This document shows, piece by piece, positions 53,132 through 61,304 of a DNA stretch of 64,000 nt. The translations under genes and the position numbers were made by a program. Below the pieces are notes generated by a model, which worked only from the letters and a program-made list of their open reading frames with translations, ran no database searches and was not told the DNA's origin. Numbering within the stretch: the first letter of the stretch is position 1; the number at the start of each line of letters is the position of its first letter. Source of the stretch: a virus; IMG/VR virus record IMGVR_UViG_3300021959_000022, positions 17,608 through 81,607 of that record, one strand, 5' to 3'.

Positions 53132-53618
53132 TTGAAAAAGCCTGTCTCTGTTCCATCACTGATTTGAATGGACCTTTGAATTCATTGTTTGCTATGGTCA
53201 CCATCTTAGGACAAAATCCCTTGACCCAGCCTTTTGGAAAGTGAACCAAATAATAACCCGCCGCATACATGTTGGAAGAATTTTCTGATTTAGAATACAA
53301 AGGAATCTTGTGTTTGACATCTAACACTGCATTGTAAGGCACATGTTTGGTCGGATATCCATACACTTCTTTCTTTATTTCCTTCACAGGTTTCACAATA
53401 TCTTGCTTGTCGAATATATGAAATTGTTGATTGACTTCGTCCTTAGAAAGTTGAGCTATGGTAGAGTCTGTACCTGTCACAACAAAGTTATTTTCGTCGT
53501 GCCTCTGGATAGTTCCTATTCTAACTCCATTATTTTCGATAATCCAAAATCGATCAGGCAACAACTGCTTGGTCTTGACGGATTCTTGCGTTGAAAGGTT
53601 CTGCATAAAATTTAACAT
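53115..53618 (-). CDS. Hypothetical protein
   Basis: 'FWII...G.RIG', 'YAAGYY', 'FCPK', 'GPFKS'; start uncertain because it overlaps rnh. Confidence 0.55.
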   Translation of the reverse strand: MLNFMQNLSTQESVKTKQLLPDRFWIIENNGVRIGTIQRHDENNFVVTGTDSTIAQLSKDEVNQQFHIFDKQDIVKPVKEIKKEVYGYPTKHVPYNAVLDVKHKIPLYSKSENSSNMYAAGYYLVHFPKGWVKGFCPKMVTIANNEFKGPFKSVMEQRQAFSNVNKD

Positions 53619-54564
53619 TGTCTCTTATCCTAACTAAATCGTGCTTGGCACAAAATTTTAACAGATGCACACCAACATTTCCCACAGACTTTGGTTCATC
53701 TGTTGCAGTTGCTATTGTTTCTGCTATCTTTATTTTAATGTCATCTGGCTGTTTGGTCAAGTCGATTAATTGTTCGTTTACGGCAAATTCTTCCTTGACT
53801 ATTCTTTCCTTGCCGTTGTGATCAACCCATCTGCTCAACATGAGGTTGTTCCATACGAATCCTTGACTTTTCCTGTCTTCAAACGCTTCCTTGAGTTTGT
53901 TGGTACGCACTTTAGGAAATGCGGAAAATACATTGTCCGATGAATCGCCACGCATACATTTTTCAAACAACAACCATTCTGGATCCGGAGCAGGTTTAGG
54001 ATCTTTGGTTTTTTTGTCGATTATCGGGTTGTCTTTATCGTCGAAGAAACCATTAGTGTTGGCAAATATATCTGTGATGCCATTGTACTGAGATATGTTT
54101 GCACTCAATAATTGGTAGAAATCAGTGTCTGATGATATTATCACATGTTTGTCATCAGGATGAGATTGTGTCCATCCTGCAATCAAATCGTCTGCTTCGA
54201 GTTCAGGGTGCTGGAGCACAGTGCAGTTTGACTTATCCGTCACAAAAGATTTGAATTCATCAAAAGTCTGCCAAAACAGTTCATCTGCTTCTTGTTCCGA
54301 CGGAGTCATCGCATCTCGAGTTGCTTTCCTGTTCTGCTTGTAGGCAGGGTAAAATTCTTTTCGCCATGATCTACCCTCGAAACAAAATACAACATGATCC
54401 GCCTTAAATCTCTCCCAACATTTTTTGACAGAGTTCATCATGATGTGTAAGGCCAATCCTAACTTGGTTTCTACGTCATCACCTCTTACAACATGTCTTG
54501 CTCTGAAGAATGTGTTGGCTGAATCTATGATCAGGTATGTTTTATGAGATTTCTGTTCTGCCAT
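53554..54564 (-). CDS. rnh: T4 RNase H-like 5'-3' exonuclease
   Basis: 'LIIDSAN', 'SWRKEFYPAYKQNR', 'EADDLIA', 'ISSDTDFYQL', 'GDSSDNV'. Confidence 0.85.
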   Translation of the reverse strand: MAEQKSHKTYLIIDSANTFFRARHVVRGDDVETKLGLALHIMMNSVKKCWERFKADHVVFCFEGRSWRKEFYPAYKQNRKATRDAMTPSEQEADELFWQTFDEFKSFVTDKSNCTVLQHPELEADDLIAGWTQSHPDDKHVIISSDTDFYQLLSANISQYNGITDIFANTNGFFDDKDNPIIDKKTKDPKPAPDPEWLLFEKCMRGDSSDNVFSAFPKVRTNKLKEAFEDRKSQGFVWNNLMLSRWVDHNGKERIVKEEFAVNEQLIDLTKQPDDIKIKIAETIATATDEPKSVGNVGVHLLKFCAKHDLVRIRDNVKFYAEPFNARIRQDQAVVA

Positions 54565-54886
54565 CTTCTAATTTTTCTTCCTTGACTAATTGATTGTCTG
54601 GTTGGATAGCAGAGCCTTCATCGGCAATAGTATTGCACAGCACACTGAACCAATGATCCACTATTTCTTCATCTGTGTTTCCGGAAAATCCATGTTTCTT
54701 TAAGTTCGTCACAAAGTGTTGATTCCAATCTAATTCAAAATATCCGTATTTTGGATTATTCTTATCTACATTTGTTTCCAAAACTTTAACATATGGTTCG
54801 CCACGTGCGGTCGCTAAATCTTTTTCAGATTTTTGTTCTTTGTTTACAGTCTTCTTTGTAAAAATATTTTTTAACTTATCCAACAT
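54542..54886 (-). CDS. Hypothetical protein
   Basis: 114 aa; 'GYFELDWN..FV..L...G..G.TDEEIVD.WF'. Confidence 0.6.
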   Translation of the reverse strand: MLDKLKNIFTKKTVNKEQKSEKDLATARGEPYVKVLETNVDKNNPKYGYFELDWNQHFVTNLKKHGFSGNTDEEIVDHWFSVLCNTIADEGSAIQPDNQLVKEEKLEDGRTEIS

Positions 54887-55005
54887 AATACTAATATTAT
54901 AAGTGATATACCAAGTATTGTCAATGCACTTATTTTCCTACATTTTTCAACAGAGTTAGACATATATTGGTACGTCATATCGTCGGAAGGCAAAGGTTTA
55001 ACCAT
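54871..55005 (-). CDS. Possible 44-aa single-pass membrane protein (below the ORF-track cutoff)
   Basis: MVKPLPSDDMTYQYMSNSVEKCRKISALTILGISLIILVLCWIS; ATG overlaps the upstream ORF's end; fills an otherwise empty gap. Confidence 0.35.
   Translation of the reverse strand: MVKPLPSDDMTYQYMSNSVEKCRKISALTILGISLIILVLCWIS
54896..54924 (-). promoter_or_regulatory. Perfect sigma70 consensus promoter
   Basis: TTGACA-17 nt-TATAAT on the - strand, 9 nt before ATG 54886. Confidence 0.8.
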
Positions 55006-55108
55006 TGGCCAACTCCATTATAATCATACTCAAAATCAGCATCATGATGGCCCATACATACGGCTCATACAAGAAGTCTTTGAGCATTTTAAACAACAAC
55101 TTCATCAT
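54998..55108 (-). CDS. Possible 36-aa membrane peptide
   Basis: MMKLLFKMLKDFLYEPYVWAIMMLILSMIIMELANG; ATGA overlap with the upstream stop. Confidence 0.45.
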   Translation of the reverse strand: MMKLLFKMLKDFLYEPYVWAIMMLILSMIIMELANG

Positions 55109-55428
55109 TGGATAGAACCGAAGTAATAGTTCATCAATCCTCCCATTAACAGTGTCACCAAGACTGCATTCAGAAAGAGCAGTGCTCGATCGTGCCAAAG
55201 ATATCCAACCCACGCCCAACCGGCGGTTCCGAACAATCCGAACCACATGTCGATGTGCGGTATGGTACCAACACTTCTGGCCGCTGTTGCGATCAATATA
55301 AGAAGCACCGAACCCCATTTGACATACCAAGATAGATCTCCCCTTGGGGTTACTTTCTTGTACACTCTGGATGAGTTGAGTGCTTTGATTTTATCGTCTA
55401 ATTTTTCTTTGATTGGTTCTATGGTCAT
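55105..55428 (-). CDS. Small three-helix membrane protein
   Basis: Three hydrophobic segments; 'WYVKW', 'GWAWVGYLWHDRALLFLN'. Confidence 0.65.
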   Translation of the reverse strand: MTIEPIKEKLDDKIKALNSSRVYKKVTPRGDLSWYVKWGSVLLILIATAARSVGTIPHIDMWFGLFGTAGWAWVGYLWHDRALLFLNAVLVTLLMGGLMNYYFGSIQ

Positions 55429-56324
55429 TATGTGCCTATCAAGTTGCCAAATAAATGTACATGCACACGGGCCGCAACATTATAACCTCGTTGAAATGCA
55501 CGTCTTGCCACGTCGCCTGCTGTGGCTGATTGTTCTTCTTCTCTCGCACCAACGGGCATCACCCACACAGGATAATCGATGCCTTGTGCTTTAAAGTTTG
55601 CTAAAACGTCTTCCATTTCGTGCCATTGGGCGTCATCATTACCTAACACGAATTTCAATTGTCCTCTGTTAGATAATGCAAAGTAGTCTTTGACTATCTC
55701 GGGATGGATGGCTTTGTCGGATTTTTCACCTGCCACTGTCCAAAGTTTGGGAGAAACAGAAAAGAAAATTTCTGTGGGTTTTTCTGCCACAAACCATTTA
55801 AATGAATCTTTCAATTTTTGTGTGCCATTGGTTTCGAATGTGATCGATGCGGGAAGATTACCCCTTGCTTCTAATTCCTTGTACACACCCACGAACGCAT
55901 CTTGTGACTGTGGCATCAGTGGTTCACCACCTGTGATGCACAGATGTTGATGTTGTCCTGAAACTGGATGAACAAACAAACCATCTGGATTAGAATCATT
56001 TCGCATCACATCCATGACTTTGTCTGCCAATTCTTTGGGAGTCGCTTGGCCCATTAGGTGTTTGTATTTCTTGGCCCATGTGTATGATGAATCACAACCT
56101 TTATCCCACACAGGTAAATCTTCTACTCTTTTTACTTGACTGACATCAAATGTTTCGTATGGAAGTTCCCAAGAGTCTGGATCTGTTGGTTTAAGTTGTC
56201 CGAACCCATTACACTGTAAGTTGCACAAGAAGAATCGTATCCAAGCAGTGGGCACACCCGTGTAGTGTCCCTCACCTTGTATCGAATAAAATATTTCCGA
56301 ATAATAGTATTTCTTGTCTTCCAT
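55428..56324 (-). CDS. queE: 7-carboxy-7-deazaguanine synthase QueE-like radical SAM
   Basis: 'SEIFYSIQGEG', 'CNLQC...CDS', 'ITGGEP', 'ETNGT', 'SVSPK', 'RVHVHLFG'. Confidence 0.85.
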   Translation of the reverse strand: MEDKKYYYSEIFYSIQGEGHYTGVPTAWIRFFLCNLQCNGFGQLKPTDPDSWELPYETFDVSQVKRVEDLPVWDKGCDSSYTWAKKYKHLMGQATPKELADKVMDVMRNDSNPDGLFVHPVSGQHQHLCITGGEPLMPQSQDAFVGVYKELEARGNLPASITFETNGTQKLKDSFKWFVAEKPTEIFFSVSPKLWTVAGEKSDKAIHPEIVKDYFALSNRGQLKFVLGNDDAQWHEMEDVLANFKAQGIDYPVWVMPVGAREEEQSATAGDVARRAFQRGYNVAARVHVHLFGNLIGT

Positions 56325-56330
56325 TGTTTT

Positions 56331-56358
56331 ATTATAACATATATTTAGAAAATGTCTA
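56331..56358 (-). promoter_or_regulatory. Composite promoter (sigma70 with extended -10 and embedded TAAATA)
   Basis: TAGACA-ttttcTAAATAtaTGt-TATAAT, 6 nt before the queE ATG. Confidence 0.6.
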
Positions 56359-56814
56359 TACTTCCCACGGATAAACTATCCAACGGGGATCTTTTTCTTT
56401 ATTGATTTTTTCCGCCCAATAATTCACAGTAAAATGTGAGGGTTCGTTGTCGATCAATACGGCGTATTCTACATAATGGGCGCCACGATGCAACATGATA
56501 GACTGCATCCTTTTGAATGTTTCACCTGTGTCATTGATATCATCCACAACCAGAAAGTTGTACTGATCTATGTAAGTGTCGCCAGAGCCGTGACCAACAG
56601 GAAAATCAGGAATCATTTCCTGTGCATGGTCTCTGGTAGATAGTTTGACAGGAATCATTGGTATGTCGAGTTTGTGTGAAATTATGGTTGCTGGTATGCA
56701 CCCACCACGTGATATGCCTATGACGTGAGTGAACAGTTTGGGTTCAACTAAATCAGCCAGGAACAGCGACATGGTTTCAATCTGTTTCCAAGTATAGTAT
56801 TTTTTATCTGCCAT
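56356..56814 (-). CDS. Purine phosphoribosyltransferase (gpt/hpt-like)
   Basis: 'IGISRGG', PRPP loop '[12 protein letters not shown]', 'WIVYPWE'. Confidence 0.85.
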   Translation of the reverse strand: MADKKYYTWKQIETMSLFLADLVEPKLFTHVIGISRGGCIPATIISHKLDIPMIPVKLSTRDHAQEMIPDFPVGHGSGDTYIDQYNFLVVDDINDTGETFKRMQSIMLHRGAHYVEYAVLIDNEPSHFTVNYWAEKINKEKDPRWIVYPWEV

Positions 56815-57847
56815 TACCGAACACCGTGTTTACTTGATTGTGCACCTGTACGAATGTGGTACACTTGGGAATATCTTTTAATCTTTTGGCACCTATGTAT
56901 GTGCAAGTGGACCTTAAACCACCCAAATAGTCCGTGATAACGGTCTCTACAGCACCCTTGTGGGGTATCGACACTACTTTGCCTTCAGAACCACGATATG
57001 AGTGTCTGCCACCATGTGTTTCCATGGCCTTGTCTGAACTCATGCCATAAAAAGTGACTCGACCATCTTGAACGGTTGCTTCGGACTCGTCTGTGCCCGC
57101 CAACATGCCACCCAACATCACAAAGTCAGCACCACCACCGAATGCCTTGGCAATATCACCTGGCACTGTGCAACCACCATCTGCTATGATGTGTCCGCCA
57201 ACTCCATGAGCTGCATCAGCACATTCGATCAAACCCGACAGTTGGGGCATGCCCACTCCTGTCATCAATCTTGTGGTGCACACAGATCCAGGACCAATGC
57301 CACATTTGACAACATCACAGCCATCGATGATGAGTTCTTCGACCATCTCTGCTGTGATCACATTACCGGCCACAATGATTTTGTCTGGATATTCGTCTCT
57401 GACTCGTTTGACAAAGTCCACAAAGTTCTGTTGATAGCCATTGGCAACATCGATGCAGATCCAACGAATGTCTGGATATGCTGATAAAACTTTTTTCATG
57501 GTGTCATAGTCTGGTGCTTCCTGATTGTATTGATAGGCAGAACCGGTACAGATCATTACATTCTTTAATTTTAGTCCTGTCTTGACTGCCTGATGCCAGT
57601 CATCAACTGTGTAGTGTTTCCTGATTGCTGTGAGTAAATTGTGTTTTTGCAGTGCCTTGGCCATTGTGAATGTGCCAACGCCATCCATGTTGGCCGCAAT
57701 GATGGGAACACCCTGCCACTTTTGTGTGGAGTGTTTGAATTCAAAATCCCTTTCTAATTCAACATTTTTGCGTGATGTGAGTTGTGAACGTTTGGGTCTG
57801 AATAGGACATCTTTGAAATCTAATTTGATATCTGATTCTATTCTCAT
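56804..57847 (-). CDS. guaC: GMP reductase
   Basis: '[21 protein letters not shown]', 'AANMD', 'CIDVANGY', '[11 protein letters not shown]', 'FYGMSS', 'YRGSEGK'. Confidence 0.92.
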   Translation of the reverse strand: MRIESDIKLDFKDVLFRPKRSQLTSRKNVELERDFEFKHSTQKWQGVPIIAANMDGVGTFTMAKALQKHNLLTAIRKHYTVDDWHQAVKTGLKLKNVMICTGSAYQYNQEAPDYDTMKKVLSAYPDIRWICIDVANGYQQNFVDFVKRVRDEYPDKIIVAGNVITAEMVEELIIDGCDVVKCGIGPGSVCTTRLMTGVGMPQLSGLIECADAAHGVGGHIIADGGCTVPGDIAKAFGGGADFVMLGGMLAGTDESEATVQDGRVTFYGMSSDKAMETHGGRHSYRGSEGKVVSIPHKGAVETVITDYLGGLRSTCTYIGAKRLKDIPKCTTFVQVHNQVNTVFGNGR

Positions 57848-58530
57848 CTTGGTGCAAACTCTTGCTGTAATTTGATGTTGTCCATAAATTCTTTTTTAGT
57901 AGCCGAGTCATTATTGAAAGCACCTTTGAGCACAGTGGTTTGTGTAAGACTCGAATGAGCCATTATGCCTCTGTTCTCACAACAACCATGAGTTGCTTGG
58001 ATGTACACACCGACGTTTTTAGAACCAGTTGCCTTCATTATTTCTCTGGCTATGTCGTTGCATAATTCTTCTTGCAGTGTGCCACGTCTTGCACACCATT
58101 GAGCGATTCTTGTGTACTTGCTCAAACCAATTAGAGTGTCTGCGGCAATTATTCCAATGTATGCAACACCACTTACGGGCTGATGATGATGTGAACACAC
58201 GGATCTCAGTTCAGATCTGACAACCAACATTCCGTCATAACCGTCATCGACATGGTTAGGAAACGCAGTTGCATTTGGCATAGGAAAGTATCTGCCTTGC
58301 ATGAGTTCATTCACATACATCTTGGCCAATCTTCTGCCTGTGTCCTGGGAATTTGGATCTGTTTCACGATCGATGATGAGTGAATCTAAAACAGATTCAA
58401 ACTTGCCTGTTAGTTCATCGATCAATTGTTGATGTTCACCTTCGCGGATGTGTTGTGAAATGTTATCACCTGCCCAAAATCTGTCGCCGGATGATTCTAT
58501 TCTTTGCTTGATTGTGTCTGATATGCTCAT
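57844..58530 (-). CDS. folE: GTP cyclohydrolase I
   Basis: 'CSHHHQP', 'GLSKYTR', 'LQEEL', '[10 protein letters not shown]'. Confidence 0.9.
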   Translation of the reverse strand: MSISDTIKQRIESSGDRFWAGDNISQHIREGEHQQLIDELTGKFESVLDSLIIDRETDPNSQDTGRRLAKMYVNELMQGRYFPMPNATAFPNHVDDGYDGMLVVRSELRSVCSHHHQPVSGVAYIGIIAADTLIGLSKYTRIAQWCARRGTLQEELCNDIAREIMKATGSKNVGVYIQATHGCCENRGIMAHSSLTQTTVLKGAFNNDSATKKEFMDNIKLQQEFAPR

Positions 58531-59591
58531 TCTTCTATTATACTTTCTGCGATTGCGTCATACAAGTTAAATCCGTGGAAAAATTCTGTTTGTAATTTTT
58601 TACGTTGCCTTGCAATTTCTGTGAGATATTTAGAATAATTTTCCATCAAGTCAACGATTCTGTCCATAATTTTTTGTTTGTTTTTTTGATAATTCTTCAT
58701 GTCTTTTGTCCACACACTTGGATATTTCATTGTGTCAAGGAACATCTCTGTGTATGACAGTCGATCTGGTACCATCACCATGCAGTCAAGTATCAATCCT
58801 TCATAGCCTGATATGCCCAGTGTTTCTTGTAGATTCGCTGAAAACACCAGTTTGGATTCTGCCAGTAGATTGTGATATTCGTGTTTCTTGAGTTGGCGTT
58901 CCTGACACACGATAAAATCATACTGTGGCAGTGCTTCTTTTAGATCATAGAATATTTCTGGTTGCTTCTCTGGCGCCAAACGATGTGGAAACACAATTTG
59001 ATTCTTTTTGGGCATTCCCTTGTATGGTTCCAACTCTTTGTCAAAGTATTCCATGGGCCAACCTGTTCTCACTACATTTGGTTGATTGTATTCAATATTA
59101 AAGAATGCCTTATCCCACAGTTTGATGTGAAAGTCTGTGGCATAAAAATTGTGATCATAACAGTTGAACATGCTGATTTCTGCTTGCCTCACCCATTTAG
59201 CATCACCAATCAGTCTGCCCAAAAAGTCTGCAGGGTCATATGAGCCAGCGTGCCACATGCCACCAATTTTAATCTTTACACCCAACAGTTCTGCCATGTA
59301 TTTCAATTGTATCACAGTGGGATTCCAGGCATCTGTGTACAGGAAGTAATCACCATCTTTGATCTTACCAGCACAGAACATGGTTGCAATTTGTTCGAGT
59401 TGTTTGGATTTGTACACATTGGTGCCACCAAAGTTTAGGAAAGCACCTGGAGTGGTTGCCTGCGGAGTTTCACCACCTGATATAGTGACCACTTTGTGAC
59501 CTGTGGATTTCTCCAGCTGTGGTGGCAGATACTTCTTCCATTCTGCGGTGTAACGAGTTTCCACTGCTTCAATGTCTACAATGTAAATCAT
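58527..59591 (-). CDS. GT-B fold glycosyltransferase-like protein inside the deazaguanine cluster
   Basis: 'FPHRLAPEKQP', 'SANLQETLGISGYEG', 'VPDRLSYTE' resemble GT4-type motifs; start set at ATG 59591 (ATGA overlap). Confidence 0.7.
   Translation of the reverse strand: MIYIVDIEAVETRYTAEWKKYLPPQLEKSTGHKVVTISGGETPQATTPGAFLNFGGTNVYKSKQLEQIATMFCAGKIKDGDYFLYTDAWNPTVIQLKYMAELLGVKIKIGGMWHAGSYDPADFLGRLIGDAKWVRQAEISMFNCYDHNFYATDFHIKLWDKAFFNIEYNQPNVVRTGWPMEYFDKELEPYKGMPKKNQIVFPHRLAPEKQPEIFYDLKEALPQYDFIVCQERQLKKHEYHNLLAESKLVFSANLQETLGISGYEGLILDCMVMVPDRLSYTEMFLDTMKYPSVWTKDMKNYQKNKQKIMDRIVDLMENYSKYLTEIARQRKKLQTEFFHGFNLYDAIAESIIEE
58537..58565 (-). promoter_or_regulatory. Possible internal sigma70 promoter for folE
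   Basis: TTGTAT-17 nt-TATAAT, 6 nt before the folE ATG. Confidence 0.45.
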
Positions 59592-59890
59592 CCGTGTATG
59601 CTGTCCTCCGCCGCAACAGTTGTATATCTGGTTGAAAGATATGTTAATAACTTTTTGTCTTTCACTGAAAAACATACTTCATCACAGCCTGCGTCCTCAA
59701 AGTAGAAGTCCACACCATACTCATAACCCTTGCGACCCAAGTCATTTGACACCATACAGCCAACATCGAAGTCTGTGTAGTTGCCGTTGAGAGCGCCACC
59801 CTCTGTGTCATAGTATCCACCACGTTCTGTGGTTTTGTCGGATGCTATCACAATGGTGTGTTCAAACTTGTAAGGTCCTGGATTGCTCAT
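59588..59890 (-). CDS. Hypothetical protein
   Basis: 100-aa ORF with 4-nt overlaps on both sides. Confidence 0.55.
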   Translation of the reverse strand: MSNPGPYKFEHTIVIASDKTTERGGYYDTEGGALNGNYTDFDVGCMVSNDLGRKGYEYGVDFYFEDAGCDEVCFSVKDKKLLTYLSTRYTTVAAEDSIHG

Positions 59891-60093
59891 TTCACACTCC
59901 TTTTGTTGGATTCCATGTTGTTAACGAACACCCTAACCAGTCTTGAAACATCAACTTCTTCTCTTTGCAGAGTTTTTGGATTGGTAAAGATAACTTTACT
60001 TTTGTTTGCTTCAAGTTGTATACCTATGTTGGAAGCAACAACAATAGCATCATCTGTGTTTTTACGCCAATCATGTGAAGAATAAACTGTCAT
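59887..60093 (-). CDS. Hypothetical protein
   Basis: 68-aa ORF coupled to both neighbours. Confidence 0.55.
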   Translation of the reverse strand: MTVYSSHDWRKNTDDAIVVASNIGIQLEANKSKVIFTNPKTLQREEVDVSRLVRVFVNNMESNKRSVK

Positions 60094-60530
60094 TAGTTTA
60101 TGATACTCCTTACCTGTTCGTCTATCTTTTTAAAGAATGATTTGTTAGAAGGTTGATCCTCTTCTTTTGGATAGTCGATATCACAACCATTTTCGCCATC
60201 CTCCGACACTTCGATTTTGATATGTCTGCCAGGATATCTTGTTTTGATCTGTTGTGCCAATGCATCAGCGATCATTTCGCAAGATTTATAGTCCAATTCC
60301 AATGTCTTTTCGCTGTATAACTTTTCGAGCCATCTTTTGAATTGAATGAATTCTATATCTCTATCATCATGGAAGACCTCGATCCACACCTTAAAATGGA
60401 ATATGTGTCTGTGCGGGTATCCTAAAAAAGACACGTCGTATTCGTCGCCAGTCTTTAATTTGGGATCTTCCAGTGCCGCAGGATATTTGTGAATGCCTTC
60501 CTTCTTAAATGTTACCCATATTGTTTTCAT
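60093..60530 (-). CDS. queD: QueD-like / 6-pyruvoyl-tetrahydropterin synthase-like T-fold protein
   Basis: 'EGIH', 'HRHIFHFKV', 'SCEMIA', 'VSEDGE'; lies near folE/queE; start set at ATG 60530. Confidence 0.65.
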   Translation of the reverse strand: MKTIWVTFKKEGIHKYPAALEDPKLKTGDEYDVSFLGYPHRHIFHFKVWIEVFHDDRDIEFIQFKRWLEKLYSEKTLELDYKSCEMIADALAQQIKTRYPGRHIKIEVSEDGENGCDIDYPKEEDQPSNKSFFKKIDEQVRSIIN

Positions 60531-61039
60531 ATCGTTGTGTCGTCTCCGTATTTGTCCCAAGCAGTGTAGTTCTTTTTCTTCATCATGTCTTTCACAGACC
60601 AACACCACACACCTGGATTTGTTGCTTTAAAGTCCTTGTCATCGATCTTGATGACCACATTGCCTTGAATATTGTTTACATTTTCCACTGTGACACCATA
60701 CACAATGGTAAACTTGGAATATGACAGTAGATCGGTGATGTCTGTAAACTTGTAGTCTGGATTCATATCTATGGTCACATGATAATCTCTGTCTAAAAAG
60801 TATCTGAGTTGTGATGCGATCGATTGTACTTCTTGCCCATCCATGACTTTGTATGAATGATTGGCACCAAAGTAGATGTGTTTGCATGAATTTTTTTCTG
60901 CGTTTCTCAGCACAGTGGCAGTTCTCTGCAAGTCAACCACAAACAGAGTTTTCATACCTTCTGTGGGTGTTTTTTCTACTTCTTTACCGACAAAAAATGT
61001 GGCACCTTCTTTTACGCCATCATGATAATCACGTTTCAT
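60527..61039 (-). CDS. Hypothetical protein of the deazaguanine cluster
   Basis: 170 aa; 'GKEVEKT', 'HIYFGANHS', 'KIDDKDFKATNPGVWC'. Confidence 0.55.
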   Translation of the reverse strand: MKRDYHDGVKEGATFFVGKEVEKTPTEGMKTLFVVDLQRTATVLRNAEKNSCKHIYFGANHSYKVMDGQEVQSIASQLRYFLDRDYHVTIDMNPDYKFTDITDLLSYSKFTIVYGVTVENVNNIQGNVVIKIDDKDFKATNPGVWCWSVKDMMKKKNYTAWDKYGDDTTI

Positions 61040-61304
61040 CTTTGGTCATCTCCTCGATCCATTCATATTCACTTAAAGGTGTAGACAGTGTGTGCTCCTG
61101 CACATATGCATCAATTTCTTCATCGGTCATGTTTTCGATGCCGTGTAACAGATCCTTCCAATATAATTTCTGCTTTTTCATTTCCAACAGTTCTGCTTTG
61201 TGATTCCAAGATCTTGTCTTTTCACGCTGTGCTTCCATCTGCTTGACTTGTTTCTTTAACTTTTTCAACTGCTGTTTGAAATAGATTATCTTTTCGTCTG
61301 ACAT
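61029..61304 (-). CDS. Small coiled-coil hypothetical protein
   Basis: 91 aa, charged and helical. Confidence 0.5.
   Translation of the reverse strand: MSDEKIIYFKQQLKKLKKQVKQMEAQREKTRSWNHKAELLEMKKQKLYWKDLLHGIENMTDEEIDAYVQEHTLSTPLSEYEWIEEMTKDET

Noticed and set aside
28245-60608. Long N-terminal extensions in the ORF track (starts 28245, 42080, 44229, 51524, 52070, 59675, 60608)
   Set aside because: Downstream ATGs with SD sequences or stop/start overlaps are better starts; most extensions overlap upstream genes.
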